64,000 bases of DNA from Rudaea sp. Its GTDB lineage: Bacteria > Pseudomonadota > Gammaproteobacteria > Xanthomonadales > Rhodanobacteraceae. The stretch spans positions 3,126,999 through 3,190,998 of the forward strand of contig NZ_JASGIY010000001.1 in assembly GCF_047601565.1 (NCBI RefSeq). The letters are read 5' to 3'. Made by a program: the position numbers and the translations under genes. The notes beneath the pieces are model-generated. The model did no database searches. It worked only from the letters and a program-made list of their open reading frames with translations, and was not told the origin of the DNA. Below, piece by piece: positions 19,331-29,594 of this stretch; the first letter of the stretch is position 1, and every line of letters starts with the position of its first letter.

Positions 19331-20377
19331 TCACAGGGGGGTCTTGTGGGCCTCGCCGGCGATCTCGCGCACGAGCCGCGGCACGAGATAGCCGGGCAGG
19401 CGCGCGCGCAGCGCCGCGACGAGGGCGCAGGCCTCGTCGTCGCCGACGGCGAAATGCGCCGTGCCGGCGACGCGATCGAGCTGGTGCAGGTAGTAGGGCA
19501 GCACGCCGCAGTCGAACAGGCGCGACGACAGCCCGGCCAGCGCGTCGGCGCTGTCGTTGACCGCGCGCAGCAGCACGCTCTGGTTGAGCAGGTTCGCGCC
19601 GGCGTCGCGCAGGCGCGCGCAGGCCGCGGCCACGCTTCCATCGAGTTCGTTGGCGTGGTTGGCGTGCAGTACGAGCGCGACCGACCAGGGCAGCGCGCGC
19701 AGCCAGGCGACGAATTCCGTATCGACGCGCTCGGGCAGCACGATAGGCAGGCGCGTGTGCAGGCGCAGGCGGCAGATGTGGGGGACCGACGCGAGCGCAT
19801 CGGTCAGTTCGCCGAGCTTGGCCGTGGACAGCGACAGCGGATCGCCGCCGGACAGGATCACCTCGTCGATCGATTCGTCGGCGCGCAGATGTTCGATCGC
19901 ATCGCGCCAACGGTTGGCCGCGGCGGTTTCCTCGGCGTAGGGAAAGTGGCGGCGGAAGCAATAGCGGCAGTTCACCGCACACGAGCCGGTCGCGACCAGC
20001 AGCGCGCGGCCTTGGTACTTGTGCAGCACGCCGCGCGCGGCACGCGCGTTAAGATCGCCGACCGCATCGAAGCCGAAACCCTCGACCGAGGCGAGTTCGG
20101 CCGCTTGCGGCAGCACCTGCAAAAGCAGCGGATCGCGCGCGTCGCCGCGGCGCATGCGCGCGACGAAGGCGCGCGGCACGCGCAGTGCGAAGCCAGTGTC
20201 GGCGCTCGGCGGCAGCAGTTCGCCGGCGCGGTGGCCGAGATCGAGCAGCGCGAGCAGTTCGTGAGGATCGGTCACGGCATCGCGCCACAGGCGGCGCCAG
20301 TCCGGCGTCGCCACCGCGCGACCCCGATGCGCGGCCGTCGCGTTCCCGGTTACAATTGCGGCTTCCATTTTTCCCAT
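19331..20377 (-). CDS. epmB: EF-P beta-lysylation radical SAM protein
   Basis: CAVNCRYC motif, ILSGGDPL; divergent from efp. Confidence 0.9.
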   Translation of the reverse strand: MGKMEAAIVTGNATAAHRGRAVATPDWRRLWRDAVTDPHELLALLDLGHRAGELLPPSADTGFALRVPRAFVARMRRGDARDPLLLQVLPQAAELASVEGFGFDAVGDLNARAARGVLHKYQGRALLVATGSCAVNCRYCFRRHFPYAEETAAANRWRDAIEHLRADESIDEVILSGGDPLSLSTAKLGELTDALASVPHICRLRLHTRLPIVLPERVDTEFVAWLRALPWSVALVLHANHANELDGSVAAACARLRDAGANLLNQSVLLRAVNDSADALAGLSSRLFDCGVLPYYLHQLDRVAGTAHFAVGDDEACALVAALRARLPGYLVPRLVREIAGEAHKTPL

Positions 20378-20432
20378 GTGCCCATTTTAGCCGCAATCGA
20401 CCGCGGCTCGTTGTGCAACGGAGCATCCGAGT

Positions 20433-21002
20433 ATGGCCAGCTATGGCATGAACGACGTCAAGAACGGCATGAAGATCATCGTGGACGGCTATCCGTGCTC
20501 GATCGTCGACACCGAGTACGTGAAACCGGGCAAGGGCCAGGCGTTCACGCGCGTCAAATACCGCAACATCAAGACCGGCCGCGTCGTCGAACTGACGATG
20601 AAGTCGACCGATTCGCTCGAGCCGGCCGACGTGCTCGACCAGGACATGGAATATCTCTACAGCGACGGCGAGTTCTGGCATTTCATGCACCCGGACACGC
20701 ACGAGCAGATCGCCGCCGACAAGTCGGCGATGGCCGATGCCGAGAAGTGGCTCAAGGGCAACGAGACCTGCATCGTCACGCTATGGAACGGTGCGCCGCT
20801 GACCGTGTCGCCGCCGAACTTCGTCGAATTGCAGATCACCGAGACCGATCCGGGCGTCAAGGGCGACACCGCAGGCTCCGGCGGCAAGCCAGCCAAGCTC
20901 GAAACCGGCGCCACCGTGCGCGTGCCGCTGTTCGTGCCGAACGGCGAGGTGATCCGGGTCGATACGCGCACGGGCGAGTACGTCGGCCGCGTCAAGGGCT
21001 GA
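20433..21002 (+). CDS. efp: Elongation factor P
   Basis: VKPGKGQAF and PGVKGDT. Confidence 0.97.
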   Translation: MASYGMNDVKNGMKIIVDGYPCSIVDTEYVKPGKGQAFTRVKYRNIKTGRVVELTMKSTDSLEPADVLDQDMEYLYSDGEFWHFMHPDTHEQIAADKSAMADAEKWLKGNETCIVTLWNGAPLTVSPPNFVELQITETDPGVKGDTAGSGGKPAKLETGATVRVPLFVPNGEVIRVDTRTGEYVGRVKG

Positions 21003-21040
21003 TTCTGTTGAAAGGGCGCGATTCAGCGGCCTAGTTTTGC

Positions 21041-21129
21041 TCGTCATCTCAGCGAAAGCTGGGATCCAGCTTTTGATCACGTCTACGAATTCCAGAAAAG
21101 CTGGATTCCAGCTTTCGCTGAAATGACGA
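21041..21129. repeat. REP-like doublet (GTCAT...GGATCCAG class)
   Basis: Inverted pair of short hairpins. Confidence 0.8.
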
Positions 21130-21137
21130 TACTGGCC

Positions 21138-22457
21138 ATGAATCCTGTCGATCAGCTACTCGAAGCGCGCTGGGTCATTCCCGTCGAACCGCACGGCGTC
21201 GTGCTCGACCATCACGCCGTCGCGCTCGCGGGCGACACGATCGCCGAGGTGCTGCCGATCGAGACCGCGCGCGGGAAATATCCGAACGCCGCGCGCATCG
21301 AATTGAACGAACATGCGCTGATCCCCGGCCTCGTCAACGCGCACACGCACAACCCGATGGTGCTGATGCGCGGCCTAGCCGACGACCTGCCGCTGATGAC
21401 CTGGCTCAACGAGCACATCTGGCCGGCGGAAGGGCGCGTGATGGGGCCCGAGTTCGTGCGCGACGGCATCGAACTCGCGATCGCCGAGATGCTGCGCGGT
21501 GGTACCACCTGCTGCAACGAGAACTACCTGTTTCCCGATGCGCAGGCGGCGACTTACCTGAAGCACGGGTTCCGCGCCGTCGTCGGCCTGCCGTTCATCG
21601 AATTCCCGACCGCCTGGGCGAAGAGCCGCGACGAGTATTTCGACAAGAATCTCGCCGTGCATGACGAACTACGCGCCGAGGCGCTGGTGACGACCACGCT
21701 GGCGCCGCACGCGCCGTACACGGTCGCGAACGAGACCTTCGAGCGTATCCGCCTGATGAGCGATCAACTCGACGTTCCCGTCCATCTGCATCTGCACGAG
21801 ACGGCGCAAGAGGTCGAAGACGGCAAACGCGACCATGGCATGCGTCCGATCGCGCGCATGGCCGCGCTCGGGCTGGTCAACGATCATCTGATCGCGATCC
21901 ACATGACGCAGTTGACCGACGGCGAGATCGCACAGATGGCCGAGGCCGGCGCATCGGTCGCGTATTGTCCCGAATCGAACCTCAAGCTCGCCAGCGGCTT
22001 CTGCCCGGCGGAGAAGCTGCGCCGTGCCGGCGTCAACATCGCGATCGGCACCGACGGCGCGGCGAGCAACAACGACCTCGACATGTTCGGCGAGATGCGC
22101 ACCGCCGCCTTGCTCGCCAAGGCCGTGGCCAACGACGCGAGCGCGTTCGATGCCGCGTTCGCGCTGCAGGCGGCGACGTTCAACGGCGCACGCGCGCTGG
22201 GCCTCGGCGACCGCATCGGCTCGATCGTGCCCGGCAAGCAGGCCGATCTCGCCGCCGTGCGCCTCGACGCGATCGAGACGCAGCCGATCTATCACGTCGC
22301 TTCGCAACTCGTATATGCGACCGGCCGCCAGCAGGTCAGCGACGTGTGGATCGCCGGCAAGCGCAAGCTTGACAACCGTACACTGATCGGCATGGACCTC
22401 GATGCCCTGCGCGCCAAGGCGGGCGAATGGCACGAACGCATTGCCTTTGCGCAGTAG
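21138..22457 (+). CDS. TRZ/ATZ-family amidohydrolase (MTA/SAH deaminase-like)
   Basis: NAHTH, HLHLHET and GTDGAASNN. Confidence 0.85.
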   Translation: MNPVDQLLEARWVIPVEPHGVVLDHHAVALAGDTIAEVLPIETARGKYPNAARIELNEHALIPGLVNAHTHNPMVLMRGLADDLPLMTWLNEHIWPAEGRVMGPEFVRDGIELAIAEMLRGGTTCCNENYLFPDAQAATYLKHGFRAVVGLPFIEFPTAWAKSRDEYFDKNLAVHDELRAEALVTTTLAPHAPYTVANETFERIRLMSDQLDVPVHLHLHETAQEVEDGKRDHGMRPIARMAALGLVNDHLIAIHMTQLTDGEIAQMAEAGASVAYCPESNLKLASGFCPAEKLRRAGVNIAIGTDGAASNNDLDMFGEMRTAALLAKAVANDASAFDAAFALQAATFNGARALGLGDRIGSIVPGKQADLAAVRLDAIETQPIYHVASQLVYATGRQQVSDVWIAGKRKLDNRTLIGMDLDALRAKAGEWHERIAFAQ

Positions 22458-22477
22458 CACGACCGCCAGGTAATCCT

Positions 22478-23182
22478 ATGAATGCAACCAACGTCAATCT
22501 GGCCGAAACCGGCAAATTCGACAAGCTCGCCGCGAGCTGGTGGGACACCGAAGGCGATTCGCGCCCGCTGCACGACCTCAATCCGGTGCGTCTCAACTAT
22601 GTCGCCGAGCGCGTTGTGCTCAAGGGGGCGCGCGTGCTCGACGTCGGCTGCGGCGGTGGCATTCTGAGCGAATCGCTGGCCGCGGCGGGCGCGCAGGTCA
22701 CCGGCATCGATCTCGCGCCGCGCGTACTCGACGTGGCACGGTTGCATCTGCATGAGTCGAATTTGCAGGTCGATTACCGTGAGATCAGCGTGGAAGCGCT
22801 CGCGCTGGAGTCGCCTGGCACATTCGACGCCGTCACCTGCATGGAAATGCTCGAGCACGTGCCCGATCCAGGCAGCGTGATCGCGGCCTGCGCGACGCTG
22901 CTCAAACCGGGCGGCCGCTTGTTCCTGTCGACGCTGAACCGCACGCCGCTCGCGTTCGGCGCGGCGATCGTCGGTGCCGAGTATGCGTTGAACTTGCTGC
23001 CGCGCGGCACGCATCACTACGCGCAATTCATCCGCCCGTCGGAAATGGCCGCGGGGCTGCGCGATGCCGGCCTCGATCTCGAGGATCTGAGCGGCCTGGC
23101 CTACAACCCGTTGTCGCGGCGCGCGTGGATCGTGAACAACACACAGGTCAATTATCTCGCTTGCGCGGTGAAGCCTGCGTGA
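22478..23182 (+). CDS. ubiG: Ubiquinone biosynthesis O-methyltransferase
   Basis: VLDVGCGGGILSE, CMEMLEHVPDP. Confidence 0.93.
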   Translation: MNATNVNLAETGKFDKLAASWWDTEGDSRPLHDLNPVRLNYVAERVVLKGARVLDVGCGGGILSESLAAAGAQVTGIDLAPRVLDVARLHLHESNLQVDYREISVEALALESPGTFDAVTCMEMLEHVPDPGSVIAACATLLKPGGRLFLSTLNRTPLAFGAAIVGAEYALNLLPRGTHHYAQFIRPSEMAAGLRDAGLDLEDLSGLAYNPLSRRAWIVNNTQVNYLACAVKPA

Positions 23183-23847
23183 GCCCGAACGGCACGTCCA
23201 TCTGCGCGATTTTTTTCGACCTCGACGGCACGCTGATCGACTCCGCTCCCGATCTGATCGACGCAATGCGGCGCCTGCGCGCGGAACTCGGCGAGCCGAT
23301 CATCGCGATGGATAAGGTCGGCGCGGTCGTGTCGAAAGGTGGTCGCGCGATGCTGCGTGCGGGTTTTCCGGGCATCGACGAGGCGCGTGTCGAGACGCTG
23401 CTGCCGCGCTATCTCGATCTCTACGCCGAGCGCATCGCCGCGCATACGCGCACGTTCGATGGCATCGACGCCCTGCTGGCGCAGCTCGACGCGCGCGCAC
23501 TGGCGTGGGGCATCGTCACCAACAAGCCCGAAGGCTTGGCGCGTTCGGTCGTCGCCGAACTCGGCCTGGTCGTGTGCAGCACCGCCCTGGTCGGCGGCGA
23601 TACGCTGGCGACGCGCAAGCCCGATCCGGAGCCGCTGCTGCACGCGGCACGGCTGGCGAACGTCGATGCCGCGCGCAGCGTCTACGTCGGTGACGACGCG
23701 CGCGACATCGAGGCCGGCCGCGCCGCGGGCATGCGCACGGTCGCGGCGGGGTGGGGCTATCTCGACGGCGAGAATCCGCACGATTGGGGCGCCGATATCG
23801 TGATCGCGCATCCGCGCGAGTTGCTGCCCGCGCTGGGCCTGGATTGA
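23179..23847 (+). CDS. gph: Phosphoglycolate phosphatase-like HAD hydrolase
   Basis: FDLDGTLID, KPDPEP and VGDDARD. Confidence 0.85.
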   Translation: MSPNGTSICAIFFDLDGTLIDSAPDLIDAMRRLRAELGEPIIAMDKVGAVVSKGGRAMLRAGFPGIDEARVETLLPRYLDLYAERIAAHTRTFDGIDALLAQLDARALAWGIVTNKPEGLARSVVAELGLVVCSTALVGGDTLATRKPDPEPLLHAARLANVDAARSVYVGDDARDIEAGRAAGMRTVAAGWGYLDGENPHDWGADIVIAHPRELLPALGLD

Positions 23848-23854
23848 GCCGCGC

Positions 23855-24688
23855 ATGTCCGAACCGGACGACAGCGCCTTCGCCAGCTTCGAGCAGAAAT
23901 GGCTGGCGGCCAATCCCGAACAGGCCACCGTCGCGCTGTTCCTCGCGCCGGATGCGCGCCTGCGCGCGTCGGCCTTCGGCTGCCTGATCCACGAAATCGA
24001 ACAGGCCGCATTCGGGCTGCGCGAGGCGCACGTGGCCGAGGTGAAGCTCCAGTGGTGGCGGCAGGAATTGTCGGCTGCGGCCTCGGGCAGTCCGCGCCAT
24101 CCGGTCAGCGCCGTGCTGTTTTCCGATCCGCGCGCGGCGGGCGTAGGCGCGGCGGACTGGAACGCCCTGATCGACGGCGCGCTGGCCATGCTGCATCTCG
24201 GTACCGCGTCGGATCTCGATGCGTTGTTGACGGATTATTCGGCATTCTTCATGCCGGTGGCGCACATCGAAGCCAAGTTGTCCGACGCGCCGTCCGGGCA
24301 GGTTGCCGCTGCCGCGAAACTCGCGACGATTTCGCATCTGTTGCTCGCGTTGCGCCATCTGCGCGATGCGCAGGAGCGCTTTCCCGTTCCGCTGGCGCTG
24401 CTCGCGCGCCATGGACTCGCCCGTGGCGATCTGACCGGGAACGATGCGAAACGCGGCGAACTGCTGCGCGATTTTCTCGGCCCGCTATCGGCGGCGTTGC
24501 AAGCGGCGCTTGCCGACGCGCGGCGAGCGCCGCTCGGACGGCGCGTGCGCGCCCGGCTCGATTTGGCGTTGATGCGCAAGGCGCAACGTACCGACGATCC
24601 GTTGCGCGCCTTGATGGCCCAGCCGGGCGACGCACGTTGGAAATCCGTGTGGTGGTCGTGGCGCGAGGCGCGCCGCGGCTTCCAATAA
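23855..24688 (+). CDS. Squalene/phytoene synthase-family protein
   Basis: VKLQWWRQEL...PRHPV; conserved position after gph. Confidence 0.65.
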   Translation: MSEPDDSAFASFEQKWLAANPEQATVALFLAPDARLRASAFGCLIHEIEQAAFGLREAHVAEVKLQWWRQELSAAASGSPRHPVSAVLFSDPRAAGVGAADWNALIDGALAMLHLGTASDLDALLTDYSAFFMPVAHIEAKLSDAPSGQVAAAAKLATISHLLLALRHLRDAQERFPVPLALLARHGLARGDLTGNDAKRGELLRDFLGPLSAALQAALADARRAPLGRRVRARLDLALMRKAQRTDDPLRALMAQPGDARWKSVWWSWREARRGFQ

Positions 24689-24692
24689 CTCA

Positions 24693-24776
24693 GTCATCCC
24701 GGCGAAAGCCGGGATCCAGTGCATTTGGTTTTTGACAAGTTGAAAGTCGCTGGATTCCGGCATTCGCCGGAATGAC
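24693..24776. repeat. REP-like doublet
   Basis: GTCATCCCGGCGAAAGCCGGGATCCAG ... CTGGATTCCGGCATTCGCCGGAATGAC. Confidence 0.85.
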
Positions 24777-24793
24777 GAATATGGGGCGACGCG

Positions 24794-25275
24794 CTACAGG
24801 AATCGGTGCATCACGTAGGTATCGACGAGGCCCAGCGCAGCGTGGCGGAATCCTTGCGGCACCGTGCCGACGATGCGGAAGCCGTATTTCTGCCACAGCT
24901 TCACCGCCACCTCGTTCGTACTGACGACGAAGTTGAACTGCATCGCGAGAAAACCGGCCGCGCGCGCGGTCGCGAGCGAATGCTCGCACAGCTTGCCGGC
25001 AAGTCCGCGGCCGCGTGCGTGCGCGGCGACCATGTAGCCCGCGTTGGCGACGTGGCTGCCGAGCCCGGGTTGGTTCGGCTTGAGCATGTAGCAGCCTGCG
25101 GGCTGGTCGACGGCCAGGGCGACGAAGCAGCGCGTCGGCGCCGTCGTCCACATCGCGCGCGCTTCCTCGAAACCCGTATCGGGCGCGTAGGCGTAGGTAT
25201 CGCCCCGACCTCGCGGAAGATCGGCCAGACGAGATCGAATTCGTCGGCGCCGATTTCGCGGATATCGACGCTCAC
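24794..25275 (-). pseudogene. GNAT acetyltransferase, frameshifted near 25207
   Basis: MSVDIREIGADEFDLVWPIFREV in one frame; DTYAYAPD...HARGRGLAG...QFNFVVSTN in another. Confidence 0.7.
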
Positions 25276-26189
25276 GGTGCCTTTGCGAAATCGGCTTGCT
25301 TGGGCAGCAGCGCGGGGTCGATCGGCACGTCGAACCAGTTCGCGGCCCAGTGCACGTGCGGACCGGTGGCGCGTCCGGTCGCGCCGGCGAGGCCGACGAT
25401 GTCTCCCTGCTTCACCTTCTGTCCGGGCTTCACGTCGATGCGGCTCATGTGGATCGTCGTCGTGCTGACGCCGTGGCCGTGGTCGAGCACGACGATGCCG
25501 CCGTTGAGCACCATGCCCATCTCGGCGAGCGTGACGACGCCCGGGGCGGTCGCGCGGATCGGCGTGCCGTTCGGCACGGCGAAATCGAGGCCGAAATGCG
25601 GCGCCATCGGTTTGCCGTTGTCGATGCGCTGGCGACCCCAGTGGCCGCTGATGCGCGCGTTCTCGACGGGGTCGATGAAACCGGATTCGAAATCCTCGCG
25701 CGCATCGTCGCGATGGCGTGTTTCGGCGACGCGCTTGCGCTCGCGTTCGATGCGCTTGACGAGTTCCGGATTCGGCGTCACGGTCTGCTGCGGCAGGCCG
25801 TTGACGCGCTCGGTATCGTATTCGCGCCTGGCGATGCGCAGCGGAATGTCGGTCGCCTTGCCGTTCGAGTAGCGGATGTGCAGCTTGGCCGTGGCCGGCG
25901 CGTCGCGGCCGATGCCGAAAACGAAGATGCCGTCTTCGCCGACGAGCAGGCGGTGCCCCTCAAACTGGAGACTGACGCCTTTCGGCGCGTGGCCGATCAC
26001 GAGCTGGCCCTGCTCGATCTTGTCCGGCAGTTGCAGCTCGCGGTCGGCCGCCAAGCAAGTTTGGAGAAAGAACGAAAAAAGAGTGGCTGTCATTCCAGCG
26101 AAAGCCGGAATCCAGCTCTTGCTCCGAGAAGCATGAAAAGAAAAAGCCGGATTCCGGCTTTCGCTGGAATGACGAGCAAAAAAATTCAT
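25272..26189 (-). CDS. M23-family peptidase with an in-frame REP in its 5' end (alternative start 26093)
   Basis: HFGLDF and ATGPHVHW; ATG at 26189 overlaps the pyrC TGA. Confidence 0.8.
   Translation of the reverse strand: MNFFARHSSESRNPAFSFHASRSKSWIPAFAGMTATLFSFFLQTCLAADRELQLPDKIEQGQLVIGHAPKGVSLQFEGHRLLVGEDGIFVFGIGRDAPATAKLHIRYSNGKATDIPLRIARREYDTERVNGLPQQTVTPNPELVKRIERERKRVAETRHRDDAREDFESGFIDPVENARISGHWGRQRIDNGKPMAPHFGLDFAVPNGTPIRATAPGVVTLAEMGMVLNGGIVVLDHGHGVSTTTIHMSRIDVKPGQKVKQGDIVGLAGATGRATGPHVHWAANWFDVPIDPALLPKQADFAKAP
26089..26173. repeat. REP-like doublet inside the M23 reading frame
   Basis: GTCATTCCAGCGAAAGCCGGAATCC ... GGATTCCGGCTTTCGCTGGAATGAC. Confidence 0.85.
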
Positions 26190-27520
26190 CGATCGAACTC
26201 CAAGCGCTTGCCCAATTGCGAATCGTCGAGCCTGCCGTCGTGCCAGGCGAGATGGCCGTTGACCCAGGTCGCGGCGATCGTCGAACGGAACGTCGTGCCT
26301 TCGAACGGCGACCAACCGCATTTGGACAGCGTTTCTTCGCGGGTCACCGTGTGCGGCAGATTCGCGTCGATCAGCACGAGGTCCGCCCAATAACCTTCGC
26401 GGATGTAGCCGCGCTCGCGCACGTCGAACAATCGCGCCGGCGCGTGCGCGGTTTTTTCGACGATCAATTCGAGCGGAATCTGGCCGTCGAACCAGCGTTC
26501 GAGCGCGCATTGCAACACCGACTGCGCGAGCGGCAGACCGGACGGCGCTTTCTCGTAGCTCTGCTGCTTCTCCTCCCAGGTGTGCGGCGCGTGGTCGGTG
26601 GCGAGGATGTCGATGCGACCGTCGTTGATCGCGCGGATGATCGCGGCACGGTCGGACGGCAGCTTGATCGCCGGATTGCACTTGATCAGATTGCCCTTGG
26701 TCGCGTAGTCCTCGTTGCTGAAATGCAGGAAGTGCACGCAGGTTTCGGCGGTGATGCGCTTGCCGTCGACAGGGCCGGGCGCGAACAGTTCGAGTTCCTC
26801 GGCGGTAGTGACGTGCAACGCGTGCAGGCGCGAATCATGGCGGCGCGCCAGTTCCATCGCGAGCCGGGTCGACTTGATGCAGGCTTCGCGCGAGCGGATG
26901 AACGGATGCTCCTCGAACGGGATCGCATCGCCGTATTTCGCGCGCGCGGCGGCGAGATTGGCTTCGATCGTCGGCGTGTCCTCGCAGTGCGTCGCGATCA
27001 AAGTCGGCGCATCGCGGAAGATCGCATCGAGCGTCGTGGGATCGTCGACCAGCATATTGCCGGTCGAAGCACCCATGAAGATCTTGATGCCGCAGGCGGC
27101 GCGCGGGTCGAGGCGCTGGATTTCCTCGATGTTGTCGTTGCCGGCGCCGAGGTAGAACGCGTGATTGGCGAGCGATTTCTTCGCGGCACGCGCGTATTTG
27201 TCCTCGAGCGCCGCACGGTTCGTCGTGGTCGGCTTGGAGTTCGGCATTTCCATGAAGCTGGTGATGCCGCCGGCGACCGCCGCGCGCGATTCGGTGAAGA
27301 AATCGCCCTTGTGCTCGAGGCCCGGTTCGCGGAAATGCGCCTGGTCGTCGATCATGCCGGGCAGCAGCAGGCGTCCGCGCGCGTCGAACACGCGTTCGTT
27401 CGCCTGCGCCTTGATCTGGCCGGCGACGGTTTCGATGCGCCCGCCGCGCACGCGCACGTCGGCGTGGAGGCGGCGACCGTCGTCGACGATGTCGGCATTG
27501 ACGATCAGGACATCATTCAT
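26186..27520 (-). CDS. pyrC: Dihydroorotase
   Basis: PGMIDDQAHFREPG, KCNPAIK and ATDHAPH. Confidence 0.9.
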   Translation of the reverse strand: MNDVLIVNADIVDDGRRLHADVRVRGGRIETVAGQIKAQANERVFDARGRLLLPGMIDDQAHFREPGLEHKGDFFTESRAAVAGGITSFMEMPNSKPTTTNRAALEDKYARAAKKSLANHAFYLGAGNDNIEEIQRLDPRAACGIKIFMGASTGNMLVDDPTTLDAIFRDAPTLIATHCEDTPTIEANLAAARAKYGDAIPFEEHPFIRSREACIKSTRLAMELARRHDSRLHALHVTTAEELELFAPGPVDGKRITAETCVHFLHFSNEDYATKGNLIKCNPAIKLPSDRAAIIRAINDGRIDILATDHAPHTWEEKQQSYEKAPSGLPLAQSVLQCALERWFDGQIPLELIVEKTAHAPARLFDVRERGYIREGYWADLVLIDANLPHTVTREETLSKCGWSPFEGTTFRSTIAATWVNGHLAWHDGRLDDSQLGKRLEFDR

Positions 27521-27535
27521 GGCGTGGCGGCTCGT

Positions 27536-27772
27536 TCAGCGATTTCGGCGAAGTGTAAAGGTTTGCGGCACCTCGTCGATACCGCCTTCGCTGAACGGCT
27601 GGCAGCGCAGGATGCGCCGGATCGCGAGCGCGCCGCCGCGCACGGCGCCGAAGCGCGCGACCGCGGTGCGTGCGTACTCCGAGCAATTCGGATGGAAACG
27701 GCAGCGCGAGCCGAGCAGGGGGCTCAGCAGGCGCTGGTAAAGGCGGATCAGGGTGAGCAGCAACCGGGTCAT
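27536..27772 (-). CDS. yidD: Membrane protein insertion efficiency factor
   Basis: [22 protein letters not shown]...RCQPF. Confidence 0.92.
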   Translation of the reverse strand: MTRLLLTLIRLYQRLLSPLLGSRCRFHPNCSEYARTAVARFGAVRGGALAIRRILRCQPFSEGGIDEVPQTFTLRRNR

Positions 27773-27947
27773 CGAGGTTTTGGGCATCTGCCGTCCGTTG
27801 CGTTGGGTCCCCAGCCGATCCGTGGCCGGGATGACGGTGGACGTCGTTGCCATGCCGCCTGGCGGCAGAGGCGGCATCGGCAATGGTTGCCGCGAGGGGG
27901 CGATTGGGCTATAAAACGCGACCGCCGAGCGACAATGGTGAAGGATT

Positions 27948-28799
27948 ATGGCGACATCGAAGCGTAAACCCGCAAGTCCCGCGAAGAAGAAGGCGGGACC
28001 GGCCAAGGCCGGCGCAACGAAGAAACCGGCGCCGAAAAAGGCAGCGCCGAAGAAAGCCCCGGCCAAGAAGCCGGCGAAGGCCGCGGCGACGAAGCGCGCG
28101 ACCGGAAAAGCCGTTGCGTCGAAAAAGCCTGTCGCGAAGAAAACGCACGCCAAGCCTGTCGTCAAACCGCAACGCCCGGCCAGGAAACTGGTCGCCGCGA
28201 AAAAACCGGCGTCGAAGAGCGCCGCCGCGAAACCGGCGCGTCCCGCCAGGCCAGCCCCGAAGCCGGCGACGAAAAAGCCGGCGTCCCCGAAGCCCGCAGC
28301 ACCCACGAAAGGCAAAATGTCCGCAGTAGCACCCGTTCCAGATACCGTTACGCGCGAAGATGGACGCTACGCGCTTCCCAGCACCGTCGTCATCGATCTA
28401 CCGGCCAACTATCGTCCTTCGGCGAAAGAAGAGTACATGGGGCCGCGCCATCTGGCGTACTTCCGCGCGAAGCTGCAGAAGTGGCGCGAGGACCTGGTCG
28501 AGGAATCCAAGCAGACCATCGACAACCTGCGCGACGAAGTGCGCGACGTCGGCGACGAGGCCGAGCGCGCCACGCGCGAGACCGAGAACTCGCTCGAACT
28601 GCGCACGCGCGACCGCTACCGCAAACTGATCGGCAAGATCGACAAAGCGCTCAAGCGCATCGAGGAAGGCCGCTACGGCTACTGCGAGGAAACCGACGAG
28701 GAGATCGGCATCGAGCGCCTCGAGGCGCGCCCGATCGCGACGCTCTCGCTCGACGCGCAGGAACGCTGGGAGCATCGCCAGAAGCAGATGGGCGACTGA
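27948..28799 (+). CDS. dksA: RNA polymerase-binding factor DksA with a Lys/Ala/Pro-rich N-terminal extension
   Basis: EEYM..., DEAERAT and [20 protein letters not shown]. Confidence 0.88.
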   Translation: MATSKRKPASPAKKKAGPAKAGATKKPAPKKAAPKKAPAKKPAKAAATKRATGKAVASKKPVAKKTHAKPVVKPQRPARKLVAAKKPASKSAAAKPARPARPAPKPATKKPASPKPAAPTKGKMSAVAPVPDTVTREDGRYALPSTVVIDLPANYRPSAKEEYMGPRHLAYFRAKLQKWREDLVEESKQTIDNLRDEVRDVGDEAERATRETENSLELRTRDRYRKLIGKIDKALKRIEEGRYGYCEETDEEIGIERLEARPIATLSLDAQERWEHRQKQMGD

Positions 28800-28838
28800 C
28801 GGCGGCCCGGGCCGCCGTACGCATCGGGTTTGCCGGCC

Positions 28839-29387
28839 GTGGATCCCTTCAGTTACCTCTCGGTTCTGATTTCGATCATCCTCGGCCTTGCGATCACCCA
28901 GATACTGCAAAGCCTGCGCGGCCTCGTGCTCGCGCGCGAGCGCGTCGTGCCCGTTCGTCTTCACCGGGCTGCTGCTGGCGGTCGACGTGCAGATCTGGTG
29001 GTCGCTGTTCGGAATGCGCGACATCCCGGCCTCGGCGTGGACGTTCGGGCTGTTCGCGCTGGTCCTGCTGCAGACGGTGGTCTGGTACCTGCTTGCTGCG
29101 CTGGTGCTGCCGGACTTCTCCGGCGCCGAGCCGGTCGACCTGCGCGCCCATTACTTCGCCCATCGCAAGCTGTTTTTCGGCTTGTTCGTGGCCGCCATCC
29201 TGATCAGCCTGACTCGCAACGTCTCGCACGGAGACATCGTCACCGACCGCCTCGACATCGGCTTCCAACTCGTGTTTCTCGCTATGTCGGTCGCTTGCAT
29301 GTCCGTCGCTCGCGACCGTTTCCACAAGGCGATGTGCGTGATCGTCGCCGCGTTTACGTCGCCTTGCTCTACGCGCGCCTGCGCTAG
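28839..29387 (+). pseudogene. Membrane protein gene with two apparent compensating frameshifts
   Basis: Hydrophobic N- and C-termini in one frame; TM-rich middle (IWWSLFGM...VLPD) in another. Confidence 0.6.
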
Positions 29388-29594
29388 GATGCTTCTGAAA
29401 AAGGGGAAGGGCGCACCAACGAATGTCTCCGCGAATCCGGGTGGTGCATCGGCGCAATCGGCCGCCGGTGACGACGACCGCTTCGCAATGAAGTTCCAGA
29501 TCGATCCGGCCGCAGATCTTCATAAGAGAGACAAGATGCACATGAATGAGGTTGTTTTCTTTTGCTGTCGTGGGGCGAATGCAGAAGGTTGGGC

